A DNA stretch of 46,173 nt. Source: a virus. Taxonomy: Duplodnaviria; Heunggongvirae; Uroviricota; Caudoviricetes. Below are positions 10,824-19,911 of this stretch, piece by piece. Made by a program: the position numbers and the translations under genes. The notes under the pieces were generated by a model that had not been told where the DNA came from, searched no databases, and was given only the letters and a program-made list of their open reading frames with translations. Positions within the stretch are counted from its first letter, which is position 1, and every line of letters starts with the position of its first letter. The DNA is taken from IMG/VR virus record IMGVR_UViG_2778261505_000003, positions 1-46,173 of that record. The stretch is one strand, 5' to 3'.

Positions 10824-11246
10824 ATGGCAAAAGTTTTTACACAGGAAGAGCGTGAAAAAATTAAGGAGCAGGTTGTTGAGCTGGTACGCCAGAGTGGGCG
10901 CGAGACGTTAAGGCAACTGGAGGCCAAGACAGGGGCGACAAGATATCTGATGAGCATTCTTGCCAGAGAGTTGGTTGCCAGTGGCGATGTATACAACTCT
11001 GGCTATGGGTTATTTACCTCTGAACAGGCTCGTAAGGACTGGAATAACGCCCGCAAAAAACTATCCAGGGCAAAGGTGAAAAAAACGGTTGTGGTTGATC
11101 CTGACCTTATCTGGTCATTACCAGACGGAGAAATACGCCGATATGACGGGCGTCTGAATATAATCTGTAGCGAGTGCCGTAAGAGCGAAGTTATGAAGCG
11201 TGTACTGATGTTTTATCGAGGAAGTATCCAGGAATTTATTCGGTAA
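10824..11246 (+). CDS. Hypothetical protein (about 140 aa), last gene of the early rightward operon
   Basis: GGAGG RBS 6 nt upstream of the ATG at 10824; protein-like composition; no family recognised. Confidence 0.45.
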   Translation: MAKVFTQEEREKIKEQVVELVRQSGRETLRQLEAKTGATRYLMSILARELVASGDVYNSGYGLFTSEQARKDWNNARKKLSRAKVKKTVVVDPDLIWSLPDGEIRRYDGRLNIICSECRKSEVMKRVLMFYRGSIQEFIR

Positions 11247-11382
11247 GCAAAATCAAAATGTAATCGCTCAAGTTTAAGTTGGTGTATCTACGGCGCAGAG
11301 CCATCGCCTCATCTGGCACTGCGCTAAAATCAAATTTAGTTCCACTCTTTATTTCGTATCTGCTAAAACGCTACATAAAATT

Positions 11383-11655
11383 TTACTTTTTTAAAGAATA
11401 AGGGAATATGTGCACCATATTGGAGGCTAGTGGATATATTCCTATGCTACGAGTTGTCTTTTTTAGTTGATCTATGCTTGCTTCTTTATCGGGAGCCCGG
11501 CCTCCCCACACTGTAACTCCCTCAGGTATATCGATTGGGCGACTTTTGTTTTCATCTGTGATTTCAATCGTTTCCCCATTATTAAGCGTAATAATCAACG
11601 ATGACACGTCCAGGTGTTGTGTATTCCCATTTTTATTTTTAATGTCTATTTTCAT
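11383..11655 (-). CDS. Hypothetical 90-aa protein (AT-rich cargo)
   Basis: ORF in low-GC DNA, divergent from the QueH-like gene; no TM segment or recognisable motif. Confidence 0.4.
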   Translation of the reverse strand: MKIDIKNKNGNTQHLDVSSLIITLNNGETIEITDENKSRPIDIPEGVTVWGGRAPDKEASIDQLKKTTRSIGIYPLASNMVHIFPYSLKK

Positions 11656-11925
11656 GGCTATTTCATTATATGTTATCTGTGCTGGAGTAATAAGTTTACA
11701 GTATTAAGAAGCATTTTGACGAAACAATCAACTGACTTATCAGCTAAGGTGGCATTGTAATGCGATCTGATTGGTATCATCAGGACGCTGTTCAAAAAAG
11801 GGGGATTAGTTGATCTTGAAATCTTGCTCAAAATGTGTAGCCTCTCGTTTAACTGCCAACTTTTTGGGGCAGTACACTCTGATGCTACACAACTTGCAAG
11901 TTTCATTACCCCGACGTAAACATTT

Positions 11926-12594
11926 ATGACAGTTGCTGATTTCAAACGTCCTAAGTTGGAGCTCCCAAACGGGGCAAACAAACTACTATTACACTCTTGT
12001 TGTGCACCATGTTCCGGTGAAGTGATGGAGGCTCTTCAGACCTCAGGAATCGACTACACCATCTTCTTCTATAATCCGAACATTCATCCTCAGAAAGAGT
12101 ATATGATTCGTAAGAATGAGAATATTCGATTTGCTGAACAACATGGTGTACCGTTTATCGATGCTGATTACGACACTGACAACTGGTTTGAGCGAGCCAA
12201 AGGAATGGAATGGGAGCCCGAACGTGGGAGGCGTTGTACTATGTGTTTTGACATGCGTTTTGAACGGACGGCGCTGTACGCCGCTGAAAATGGTTTCAGT
12301 GTGATCAGCAGTTCACTGGGCATTTCACGCTGGAAAAATATGCAGCAGGTTAACGACAGCGGACGGCGAGCTGTCGCACATTATCCGGGCATGGTGTACT
12401 GGGATTATAACTGGCGCAAGCAGGGAGGCTCGTCCCGCATGATTGAAATCAGCAAACGCGAACAATTCTATCAGCAGGAATATTGTGGTTGCGTGTATTC
12501 ACTTCGCGATACCAATTTACACCGCAAATCCCAGGGACGCCCTCTTATCAAAATTGGTCAACTCCACTACGGTAAAGAAGAAGGGCAGGAATGA
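11926..12594 (+). CDS. queH: DUF208/QueH-like protein (putative epoxyqueuosine reductase), 222 aa
   Basis: N-terminal [11 protein letters not shown] motif and downstream Cys residues (CTMC, CGC) characteristic of the QueH family; located in the AT-rich cargo island. Confidence 0.65.
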   Translation: MTVADFKRPKLELPNGANKLLLHSCCAPCSGEVMEALQTSGIDYTIFFYNPNIHPQKEYMIRKNENIRFAEQHGVPFIDADYDTDNWFERAKGMEWEPERGRRCTMCFDMRFERTALYAAENGFSVISSSLGISRWKNMQQVNDSGRRAVAHYPGMVYWDYNWRKQGGSSRMIEISKREQFYQQEYCGCVYSLRDTNLHRKSQGRPLIKIGQLHYGKEEGQE

Positions 12595-12903
12595 TTTTTA
12601 CATTACGTCAACAGAGTGTCACAACGTTTCTATATATGGTATGCCGACCGTAATTTTCGAATCATCATGACTAATAGGCAGGTCACCTATGCCAGCAATG
12701 ACCTGCTCATCTTGAAATTAGCAGAAATCTTGTAGCTATGATGTAGCTCAAAATAGTTTTTCATTCTTTTACCTGATGTCTGTTCCTGGCTGAAAACAGA
12801 CTGTATTATTTGATTACGCACCACTGACACTTGTGTATTGAAGTAGTGAGTACAAAGCCACATATTTATCAGTGTATGTATACGTCAAAAACAGGAGATT
12901 GTT

Positions 12904-12993
12904 GTGCTGGTTCTGAAGTGTGCGTTAGCAATAGTGGCTGTGGTGGCAATTTATTGCCTTGTTGTTGTTCTTATGGAGCGACTTTCTGATTGA
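12904..12993 (+). CDS. Candidate 29-codon ORF encoding a hydrophobic single-TM peptide (type I toxin-like); unverified
   Basis: AGGAGA RBS 5 nt upstream of a GTG; translation VLVLKCALAIVAVVAIYCLVVVLMERLSD has a hydrophobic core and a charged C-terminal tail. Confidence 0.25.
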   Translation: MLVLKCALAIVAVVAIYCLVVVLMERLSD

Positions 12994-13206
12994 TTACATA
13001 CTGGCTAAAAAAAAGCGTTTGCCTGGCTTATCTTTGTCCGGCAAGGTGCGCTCATTAATCTGAAGTAAATTTATTTCTTAAGTATTCAGATTACTTCTTA
13101 TGGTCGAAGTCTCCTGGCAATGTAGAACCAAAATATTTACAAAAACGAGACCCGTCGAGGATAGCTCTGCCGGGTCTGATTGTTAAAGTATTTTTAATAT
13201 GATCAT

Positions 13207-13551
13207 CTATTTTTTGGTGCTATAGACTTTTTCGCCTGAGAAGTCTGGAGCGACCCAAAAGTTAATATTAAACTGAGCATCATCGCTTAGTTCAACACGG
13301 TGCCAGTATTGTGGTGGGCTTGTTGCAAAAGAGCCAGCATTAATAACTACTTTTATCTCTGGTTCAGTAGTATTCTCATCAGCAAAACCATAATATGTTA
13401 CAGTGCCTTCCATTACGCACAACTGCCCAAAAACACCTGCTGCTGTATTATGATGTGTTAATAACGCTGAAGGTACGTTCTCTTTTGTGAAGAACGGAGT
13501 TGAGCGTTTGATTACCCAATCTTTAGGAATTCTCTTGTGTGTCATAACCAC
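13207..13551 (-). CDS. YeaR/DUF1971-like protein (TehB N-terminal-like beta-barrel), 114 aa
   Basis: Pattern RSTPFF...YYGFADE...FNINFWVAPD resembles the recalled E. coli YeaR; AT-rich context. Family call is from memory only. Confidence 0.45.
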   Translation of the reverse strand: MVMTHKRIPKDWVIKRSTPFFTKENVPSALLTHHNTAAGVFGQLCVMEGTVTYYGFADENTTEPEIKVVINAGSFATSPPQYWHRVELSDDAQFNINFWVAPDFSGEKVYSTKK

Positions 13552-14416
13552 CTCCTATAAAACATGTATTATAAATGCACCTTTTGAGGAGTTATGTCAA
13601 GCTCTTATGAAACACATAATTGATATGTTGATTAGAGGAGAAGATAGAATAAATATGGTTGTTTTTCGTATAACTACTTGTTTTGCTTTTGGTTTATGCA
13701 TTCTGTGTGTTAGGAATAAGTTATTAAAGCTTAATCAAGAAATCTCGATGTATTCCACATAGATTACTGTTACTGAACCTTATTGTGTGCATTAGTTGTG
13801 TTCTGAAATTTCAGCTTAATTATTTATGATATATTTTTTAACGATAAATATTTTTCCAGGTAAAAGACAGTTGGGAATAAGATAAGTAATATATCATTAA
13901 TCTTGATTATTCCCAGGGTACCTTTACTGTGCATATAAATAAATCATATATGCATCAAATAATGTAAAGGCATCCTTTTAGATATGTCTTATCAAATGTT
14001 AATGACTTGAGTGGGAAACATGATTCCAGCAACTTATCATGTGGCTACTTTATAAAAATAATGCCCATATAAAACAACAAGCGAAAAGGATTACGGATAA
14101 AAAAGGAGCGAGATGTGCAAACTTGTTATTTTCCATGTTTAACCACCTTAAATAATTGATGATGACGGGATGATTGCATCTGTAATGCTTTTATTGAAAT
14201 GTTATGATAAAAAAGAACTTTTTCATAACATTAAAATGTAATTTAGCTAATCGTTTTTAATAATAAGTGTCGTATTTCTATCCTTGTACCAGCTATTTGA
14301 TATGTAGTGTTTGTTCATGCTATGTGGGGCTTTACACCATAGCCAGTTTATTTATACTTTATTCGTCAGCCTGAACAACTGGCATCTGCTGCACTGCGCC
14401 ATAGAGAGATTGAGAA

Positions 14417-15016
14417 ATGGCGCATATACAACTGGTCAAACAAACTTCTTCTGGTTTACTTCTCCCGGCGACGCCGGAGAGTTGTGATTTTCTGCATCAA
14501 ATTAAAATAGGCGAGTGGATACACGCTGATTTTAAGCGTGTGCGTAACTACGCATTCCACAAGCGTTTTTTCAAACTCCTGCAACTGGGATTCGATTACT
14601 GGACTCCGGTCGGTGGGGCGATCACGCCTCGCGAACGAGAACTGCTGTCTGGTTTCGTTGATTACCTGTGCGAATCAGTTGGTCGGGAACACACGCCAGC
14701 CCTGAGTGATGCCGCAGAGCAATACCTGAATACAGTTGCGACACGCAGAACCCGGGATACGGCATTGCTAAAGTCGTTTGAGGCTTTTCGCGAGTGGGTA
14801 ACCATTCAGGCTGGATTTTACACCGAACATTTTTATCCGGACGGTAGCCATGGGCGTCGGGCGAAATCCATAGCTTTTGCGAATATGGACGAAACCGAGT
14901 TTCAGCAGGTTTATAAATCTGTTCTGAATGTGCTGTGGAACTGGATTCTGTTCCGTAAATTTTCCTCTCTGGAACAAGTCGAAAATGTGGCCGCGCAGCT
15001 GCTGGAGTTTGCGTAA
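14417..15016 (+). CDS. YbcN/DUF1367-like nin-region protein
   Basis: 199-aa ORF immediately upstream of, and translationally coupled (TAATG) to, the YbcO-like gene, as in the DLP12 nin region. Confidence 0.45.
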   Translation: MAHIQLVKQTSSGLLLPATPESCDFLHQIKIGEWIHADFKRVRNYAFHKRFFKLLQLGFDYWTPVGGAITPRERELLSGFVDYLCESVGREHTPALSDAAEQYLNTVATRRTRDTALLKSFEAFREWVTIQAGFYTEHFYPDGSHGRRAKSIAFANMDETEFQQVYKSVLNVLWNWILFRKFSSLEQVENVAAQLLEFA

Positions 15017-15306
15017 TGGTGGATTTACGTAAAGCGGCGCGGGGGCAGATGTGCACCGTCAGAATTCCTGGCTACTGCAATCACGATCCGGAAACGTCTG
15101 TGCTGGCGCATTACCGACTGGCGGGAACGTGCGGAACAGCGACAAAACCACACGATATGCAGGCGGCGATTGCCTGTAGCTCATGCCACGATCTAATCGA
15201 CGGGCGGGTAAAAACCAGCGATTACACCAAAGAAGAATTACGCCTGATGCATGCAGAAGGTGTTTTTCGCACACAAGAAATCTGGAGAAAGGAGGGATAT
15301 TTGTGA
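15016..15306 (+). CDS. ybcO: YbcO/DUF1364-like putative nuclease, 96 aa
   Basis: 96 aa with conserved Cys/His pattern (CTVRIPGYCNHDPETSVLAHYRL...CSSCHD) as recalled for DLP12 YbcO. Confidence 0.6.
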   Translation: MVDLRKAARGQMCTVRIPGYCNHDPETSVLAHYRLAGTCGTATKPHDMQAAIACSSCHDLIDGRVKTSDYTKEELRLMHAEGVFRTQEIWRKEGYL

Positions 15307-15845
15307 TTTACCCAACGAATACAGGAAAAAGCGGAGAACACCTTCGTCTCGCCACGCTGGAAAGTGTCTGGATTCAGGGCAAACTGCGTATGTGGGGGCG
15401 CTGGTCGTATATTGGCGGTGGCAGGTCAGGAAATATGTTCAATCAGTTGTTGGCATCCAAAAAATTGACGAAAACAGCCATCAATGAAGCCCTGCGCAGA
15501 ATGAAAAAAGCGGGAATAGAGAAAGCTGAGCTGGAAGCGTTTTTGAGAGAGATGATCAACGGCAAGCAAAAGAGCTGGCTGGCGCATTGTACTGATGCAG
15601 AGGCGTTATGTATTGATCGAGTCATAAGTGAGGTGCTGGCAGAGCATCCAGGATTGATTAGCGTCCTTCGGCAACGGTATGAGGGGCGGGGGATGACCAA
15701 ACGCAAAATGGCTGAATTGCTAAATGATGCACACCCAGAGTGGTGTTTTAGCACATGCGAAAAGCGAATTGCTAATTGGTTGGCCGTTGCTGAGTATGCG
15801 CTATACATTCCCATGCGAGAATTATTCGCTCAAAAAACGGCTTGA
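15303..15845 (+). CDS. Late-gene antiterminator Q-like protein (GTG start)
   Basis: AGGAGG RBS then GTG overlapping the ybcO stop (GTGA); sits directly upstream of a promoter-terminator pair, tRNAs and the lysis cassette. Family assigned from position and size. Confidence 0.55.
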   Translation: MIYPTNTGKSGEHLRLATLESVWIQGKLRMWGRWSYIGGGRSGNMFNQLLASKKLTKTAINEALRRMKKAGIEKAELEAFLREMINGKQKSWLAHCTDAEALCIDRVISEVLAEHPGLISVLRQRYEGRGMTKRKMAELLNDAHPEWCFSTCEKRIANWLAVAEYALYIPMRELFAQKTA

Positions 15846-15876
15846 TTTTTTACGCATAAACTGCTTCAATTTTGCT
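15842..15876 (+). promoter_or_regulatory. Candidate late promoter pR'
   Basis: TTGATT, 17-nt spacer, TTCAAT immediately after the Q stop; weak match, positional inference. Confidence 0.3.
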
Positions 15877-15930
15877 ACGCTTCGCAAAGCTGTATCGCGT
15901 GGCGAATCAGGCGCAATTAAACTTTAATAG

Positions 15931-15960
15931 AACCCGCATCGAGCGGGTTTTGTTGTTTTT
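15931..15960 (+). terminator. Rho-independent terminator (tR'-like)
   Basis: Hairpin AACCCGC-atcga-GCGGGTT followed by TTGTTGTTTTT. Confidence 0.55.
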
Positions 15961-16197
15961 GTGGTGTGATATAAGAAACGACATTTAATAATTGCCTTCA
16001 AAATAAATTTGTTTATATATTGTCGCGTATATTTTAAATGAAGGTGAAATGTTCACATAAAATAAAAATACATAAATAAATTTACATAACTTGACGCAAA
16101 GTGTTGTTGCGATTGGAATATTAAATCGTATTATCGAAAACGGTTCTGAGGGGGAACTCTTCTTTGATCGGTGATATCGCTCCCCTGAAGAACCAAT

Positions 16198-16272
<75 letters not shown>

Positions 16273-16275
16273 TAT

Positions 16276-16350
<75 letters not shown>

Positions 16351-16714
16351 GCATTTGAAACAAGCCTTATTGTATTGCGGCACTGGCGTATTTTTTATTA
16401 CGTGGGAGCAGGTTGTTTTGGAAAAGCATTCTGTTCTCTGGCTATAATTTGAGGCCAGGTGTAGCCTCAGTGCTGATTTTTTTACGACAGCAGAATGGTG
16501 CATTATCGGTGGAGATTTTGTATTTCCTGGCAGGGTCGGTGATGCATCATTCTGGTGTTGTAAAAGCACCACAGAGGTGTTCCTCAGTGCGAGGGTGGTT
16601 TATATAGTGGTTTAGCGGGGAATCACAATATTTGTTGTAGGGACAGATATTTCGGGAGGCACCCGACACCTCGATTTTTATTACAATTAAAATGATTTAT
16701 CTTATACATTGACC

Positions 16715-16741
16715 AACCGCCATATCTGGCGGTTTTTTTTA
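16715..16741 (+). terminator. Rho-independent terminator
   Basis: Hairpin AACCGCCA-tatc-TGGCGGTT followed by a run of 8 T. Confidence 0.55.
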
Positions 16742-17127
16742 TACCTGCATCAGACAAAAAAAGACACGAGCATCCAGGAATCCTCGTGGGACAACGTCCT
16801 TTAGATAGCAATTTGCGAGAGGGTGAAAAGTAGCGCGGTCGTCGGATTAAGACCGCGGGACAAAGTCCATGAAGAATAATAAGTATTGGCCCCCTTCTGG
16901 GGACATGTCCATACTACTAAGCTTCAGAAGTGGTTTAAATCATCAAATTAACCTTAATTTTCGATAAGTCTTATTTCATTTCTTTGCGCCACATCTGGCG
17001 CGCATCAAATAACGCCACGCAAAGGGCATCTGCGGATGCCGGTGCTTTTGACGGGGTGTTTTTACGGGCCGCTGGTGGCCATTTTTTGTTTCCGTTACAC
17101 AGCGCCCGCATCTGCGAGGTGGGAGTT

Positions 17128-17343
17128 ATGAAATCCATGGATAAGTTAACAACGGGTGTCGCCTATGGCACCTCCGCAGGCAGTGCTGGCTACTGGTTTT
17201 TACAGTTGCTCGATAGAGTAACTCCGTCACAGTGGGCTGCAATCGGTGTGCTGGGTAGTCTGGTATTTGGCCTGCTGACGTACCTGACAAACCTTTATTT
17301 CAAGATTAAAGAAGATAAGCGCAAGGCTGCACGGGGAGAGTAA
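17128..17343 (+). CDS. S: Pinholin, phage 21 S-type, with dual-start motif (71-aa antiholin / 68-aa holin)
   Basis: [26 protein letters not shown]... closely matches recalled S21; two in-frame ATGs at 17128 and 17137. Confidence 0.85.
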   Translation: MKSMDKLTTGVAYGTSAGSAGYWFLQLLDRVTPSQWAAIGVLGSLVFGLLTYLTNLYFKIKEDKRKAARGE

Positions 17344-17347
17344 TTCA

Positions 17348-17692
17348 ATGACTCAAAACTATGAAGTGATTATGAAAGGGATCCGCAATTTTGAGAATAA
17401 AGTTACGGTAACTTTAGCGTTACGGGACAAAAAACGCTTTGACGGTGAAATTTTTGACCTGGACATCTCGCTGGACCGTGTTGAAGGTGCCGCGCTGGAG
17501 TTTTATGAGGCAGCAGCCAGAAGGAGCATCAGACAGGTCTTCCTGGATGTTGCTGCCGGGTTATGTGAAGGGGATGGGCAGTCGCCGGAAAAGCGCCCCG
17601 TAATTTTAGATGCGCAGAATGTGTGGATAACCTACAAAGGAAAGCTACCAGGAAGAATTACTAATTCTCTGAAGACTCCACCGAAATGGTAA
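17348..17692 (+). CDS. Hypothetical protein between holin and endolysin, possibly YdfR/DUF1327-like
   Basis: ORF starts 5 nt after the holin stop; a ydfR gene occupies this position in the K-12 Qin lysis cassette. Family not verified. Confidence 0.45.
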   Translation: MTQNYEVIMKGIRNFENKVTVTLALRDKKRFDGEIFDLDISLDRVEGAALEFYEAAARRSIRQVFLDVAAGLCEGDGQSPEKRPVILDAQNVWITYKGKLPGRITNSLKTPPKW

Positions 17693-17930
17693 TTTTACCA
17701 GCATATTTTTCTTCCAGTAATGCCGCCAGCCACTTGAAAGAATTTTGTTGTTCCTGGGACCATTTGGAGTTGCGTGATTCAAGCAAGAGCGATGCAAGTG
17801 TTGGTTGCATTTGTTCTCTGGGAATTGATAAGGCCAGATATGAAAATGCAACAGTGAGGGCATTTACATCATCCCGAAGCTTGGAAATGCAGTCGAGCAA
17901 CTCCTGTAGAGAAATGGTGTTATTGTCCAT
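17661..17930 (-). CDS. Hypothetical 89-aa protein, convergent with and overlapping the 3' end of the preceding ORF
   Basis: AAGAGGA RBS 6 nt upstream of the ATG; protein-like composition; the opposite-strand ORF over this interval is Cys/Ser-rich junk. Confidence 0.35.
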   Translation of the reverse strand: MDNNTISLQELLDCISKLRDDVNALTVAFSYLALSIPREQMQPTLASLLLESRNSKWSQEQQNSFKWLAALLEEKYAGKITISVESSEN

Positions 17931-18035
17931 AAATAATCCTCTTGATTGTCTTTACCTTTTCCCCGCCTGATTCAACAGGCCGGGACAGATAAACATATCC
18001 AGGGTTCAGAAACCGATAAATCCTGATAAATATCC

Positions 18036-18569
18036 ATGAACGCAAAAATCAGATACGGCCTGTCGGCTGCCGTTCTGGCACTGATTGCCGTCGGTGCGCC
18101 TGCGCCTGATATTCTCGACCAGTTTCTGGATGAAAAAGAAGGTAACCACACAACGGCATACCGCGATGGTTCCGGCATCTGGACCATCTGTCGGGGTGCC
18201 ACGGTGGTGGATGGAAAACCCGTTTTTCCCGGTATGAAACTGTCGAAGGAAAAATGCGACCAGGTTAACGCCATTGAACGGGATAAGGCGCTGGTATGGG
18301 TGGAGCGCAATATTAAAGTGCCACTGACCGAACCACAGAAAGCGGGTATAGCGTCATTTTGTCCCTATAACATTGGCCCCGGTAAGTGTTTCCCGTCGAC
18401 GTTTTATAAGCGGCTGAATGCTGGTGATCGTAAAGGTGCATGCGAGGCGATTCGCTGGTGGATTAAGGACGGTGGCCGTGATTGCCGCATTCGTTCAAAT
18501 AACTGTTACGGTCAGGTTATTCGTCGTGACCAGGAAAGCGCATTAGCCTGTTGGGGAATAGATCAGTGA
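18036..18569 (+). CDS. R: SAR endolysin (lysozyme with N-terminal signal-anchor-release domain)
   Basis: N-terminal weakly hydrophobic Ala/Gly-rich segment ([16 protein letters not shown]) followed by a T4-lysozyme-like catalytic region; partner of the pinholin. Confidence 0.85.
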   Translation: MNAKIRYGLSAAVLALIAVGAPAPDILDQFLDEKEGNHTTAYRDGSGIWTICRGATVVDGKPVFPGMKLSKEKCDQVNAIERDKALVWVERNIKVPLTEPQKAGIASFCPYNIGPGKCFPSTFYKRLNAGDRKGACEAIRWWIKDGGRDCRIRSNNCYGQVIRRDQESALACWGIDQ

Positions 18570-19033
18570 GCAGAGTCGCCGCGATTATTTATGCTCTGGT
18601 TATCTGCACTATCGTCTGCCTGTCGTGGGCGGTCAATCATTACCGTGATAACGCCATCGCCTACAAAGAACAACGTGATAAAAAAGTCAGTGAGCTGAAG
18701 CAGGCGATCGCCACCATCGCTGACATGCAGCAGCGTCAGCGTGATGTTGCTGCGCTCGATGCAAAGTACTCGAGAGAATTAGCCAATGCGAAAGCTGAAA
18801 ATGAAACTCTGCGCGCTGATGTTGCCGCTGGTCGTAAGCGCCTGCGGGTCAATGCCAGTTGCTCCGCAGCCGTGCGTGAAGCCACCGGCCCCACCAGCGT
18901 GGATAATGCAACCATCCCCCGACTGGCAGACACCGCTGAACGGGATTATTTCACCCTCAGAGACCGATTGATGACGATGCAGAAGCAACTGGAAGGGGCA
19001 CAGCTATACATTCGTGAGCAATGCCTCAGATAA
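18566..19033 (+). CDS. Rz: Rz i-spanin (GTG start)
   Basis: [34 protein letters not shown]... near-identical to recalled lambda Rz; GTG overlaps the endolysin stop (GTGA). Confidence 0.8.
   Translation: MSRVAAIIYALVICTIVCLSWAVNHYRDNAIAYKEQRDKKVSELKQAIATIADMQQRQRDVAALDAKYSRELANAKAENETLRADVAAGRKRLRVNASCSAAVREATGPTSVDNATIPRLADTAERDYFTLRDRLMTMQKQLEGAQLYIREQCLR
18786..18971 (+). CDS. Rz1: Rz1 o-spanin lipoprotein, embedded in the +1 frame of Rz
   Basis: Lipobox LVVSAC and Pro-rich body ([30 protein letters not shown]) matching recalled lambda Rz1; true start may be the Met at 18801. Confidence 0.7.
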   Translation: MRKLKMKLCALMLPLVVSACGSMPVAPQPCVKPPAPPAWIMQPSPDWQTPLNGIISPSETD

Positions 19034-19330
19034 AAACCGGCCAAGGATAATCCGCTGAAGATTTGCCGGCGGCGAAAGAGAGCCAAGGGTTCAGCCTACG
19101 CCATTACTCCTGTCGATGCAATGCATTCAATGGATGCTTGATTTATTTCTGTGCGCTATATCGTCGCTGTCTCCTGCATTAACTATGACCGTAACTTGAC
19201 GGGGAACCCCTTCTGCGTGAGTTTGCGGGAATAATCAAAAACGATGCACACCGGGTTTTACTGTGCTGACAGACGCAGGGTTACCCTCATAGTCGCTTTT
19301 CCGGTGCGATGGTGGAAGAAACCGGGATGT

Positions 19331-19525
19331 TCATCCATCATCACTTTTGATTGATGTATATGCTCTCTTTTCTGACGTTAGTCTCCGACGGCAGGCTTCA
19401 ATGACCCAGGCTGAGAAATTCCCGGACCCTTTTTGCTCAAGAGCGATGTTAATTTGTTCAATCATTTGGTTAGGAAAGCGGATGTTGCGGGTTGTTGTTC
19501 TGCGGGTTCTGTTCTTCGTTGACAT
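19331..19525 (-). CDS. YlcI/DUF3950-like small protein, 64 aa
   Basis: Small basic ORF between the lysis genes and cos, as in DLP12; family from memory only. Confidence 0.45.
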   Translation of the reverse strand: MSTKNRTRRTTTRNIRFPNQMIEQINIALEQKGSGNFSAWVIEACRRRLTSEKRAYTSIKSDDG

Positions 19526-19714
19526 GAGGTTGCCCCGTATTCAGTGTCGCTGATTTGTATTGTCTGAAGTTGTTTTTACGTTAAGTGGATGCAGATCAAT
19601 TAATACGATACCTGCGTCATAATTGATTATTTGACGTGGTTTGATGGCGTAGATGCACGTTGTGACATGTAGATGATAATTATTATCATTTTGCGGGTCC
19701 TTTCCGGCGATCCG

Positions 19715-19745
19715 ACAGGTTACGGGGCGGCGACCTCGCGGTTTT
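19715..19745. other. cos site (cosN), 12-nt cohesive end GGGCGGCGACCT at 19725-19736
   Basis: Sequence ...GATCCGACAGGTTACG|GGGCGGCGACCTCGCGG... is the lambda cos junction; Nu1 starts about 180 bp downstream as in lambda. Confidence 0.7.
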
Positions 19746-19911
19746 TCACTATTTATGAAAATTTTTCAGGGAAAATCGTGTCGGTATTTATCGAATATAA
19801 CTCTTTGTTTTTTTTAATATTGCATTCATAAATATTCGACATGAAAGTGTCCGAAAATGCCTTTTACTGGCGTTTTTATGTCGGGCCTTGTATTTGATAA
19901 TGGGTTGTTTT

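Noticed and set aside
13487-13762. 91-aa plus-strand ORF
   Set aside because: 5' part overlaps the YeaR-like gene on the opposite strand; very AT-rich. A shorter internal 51-aa frame from about 13609 cannot be excluded but has no support.
16142-16194. Possible third tRNA upstream of the tRNA-Thr-like gene
   Set aside because: Forms a long hairpin but is too short and lacks D- and T-arm structure for a cloverleaf; kept only as an unexplained stem-loop.
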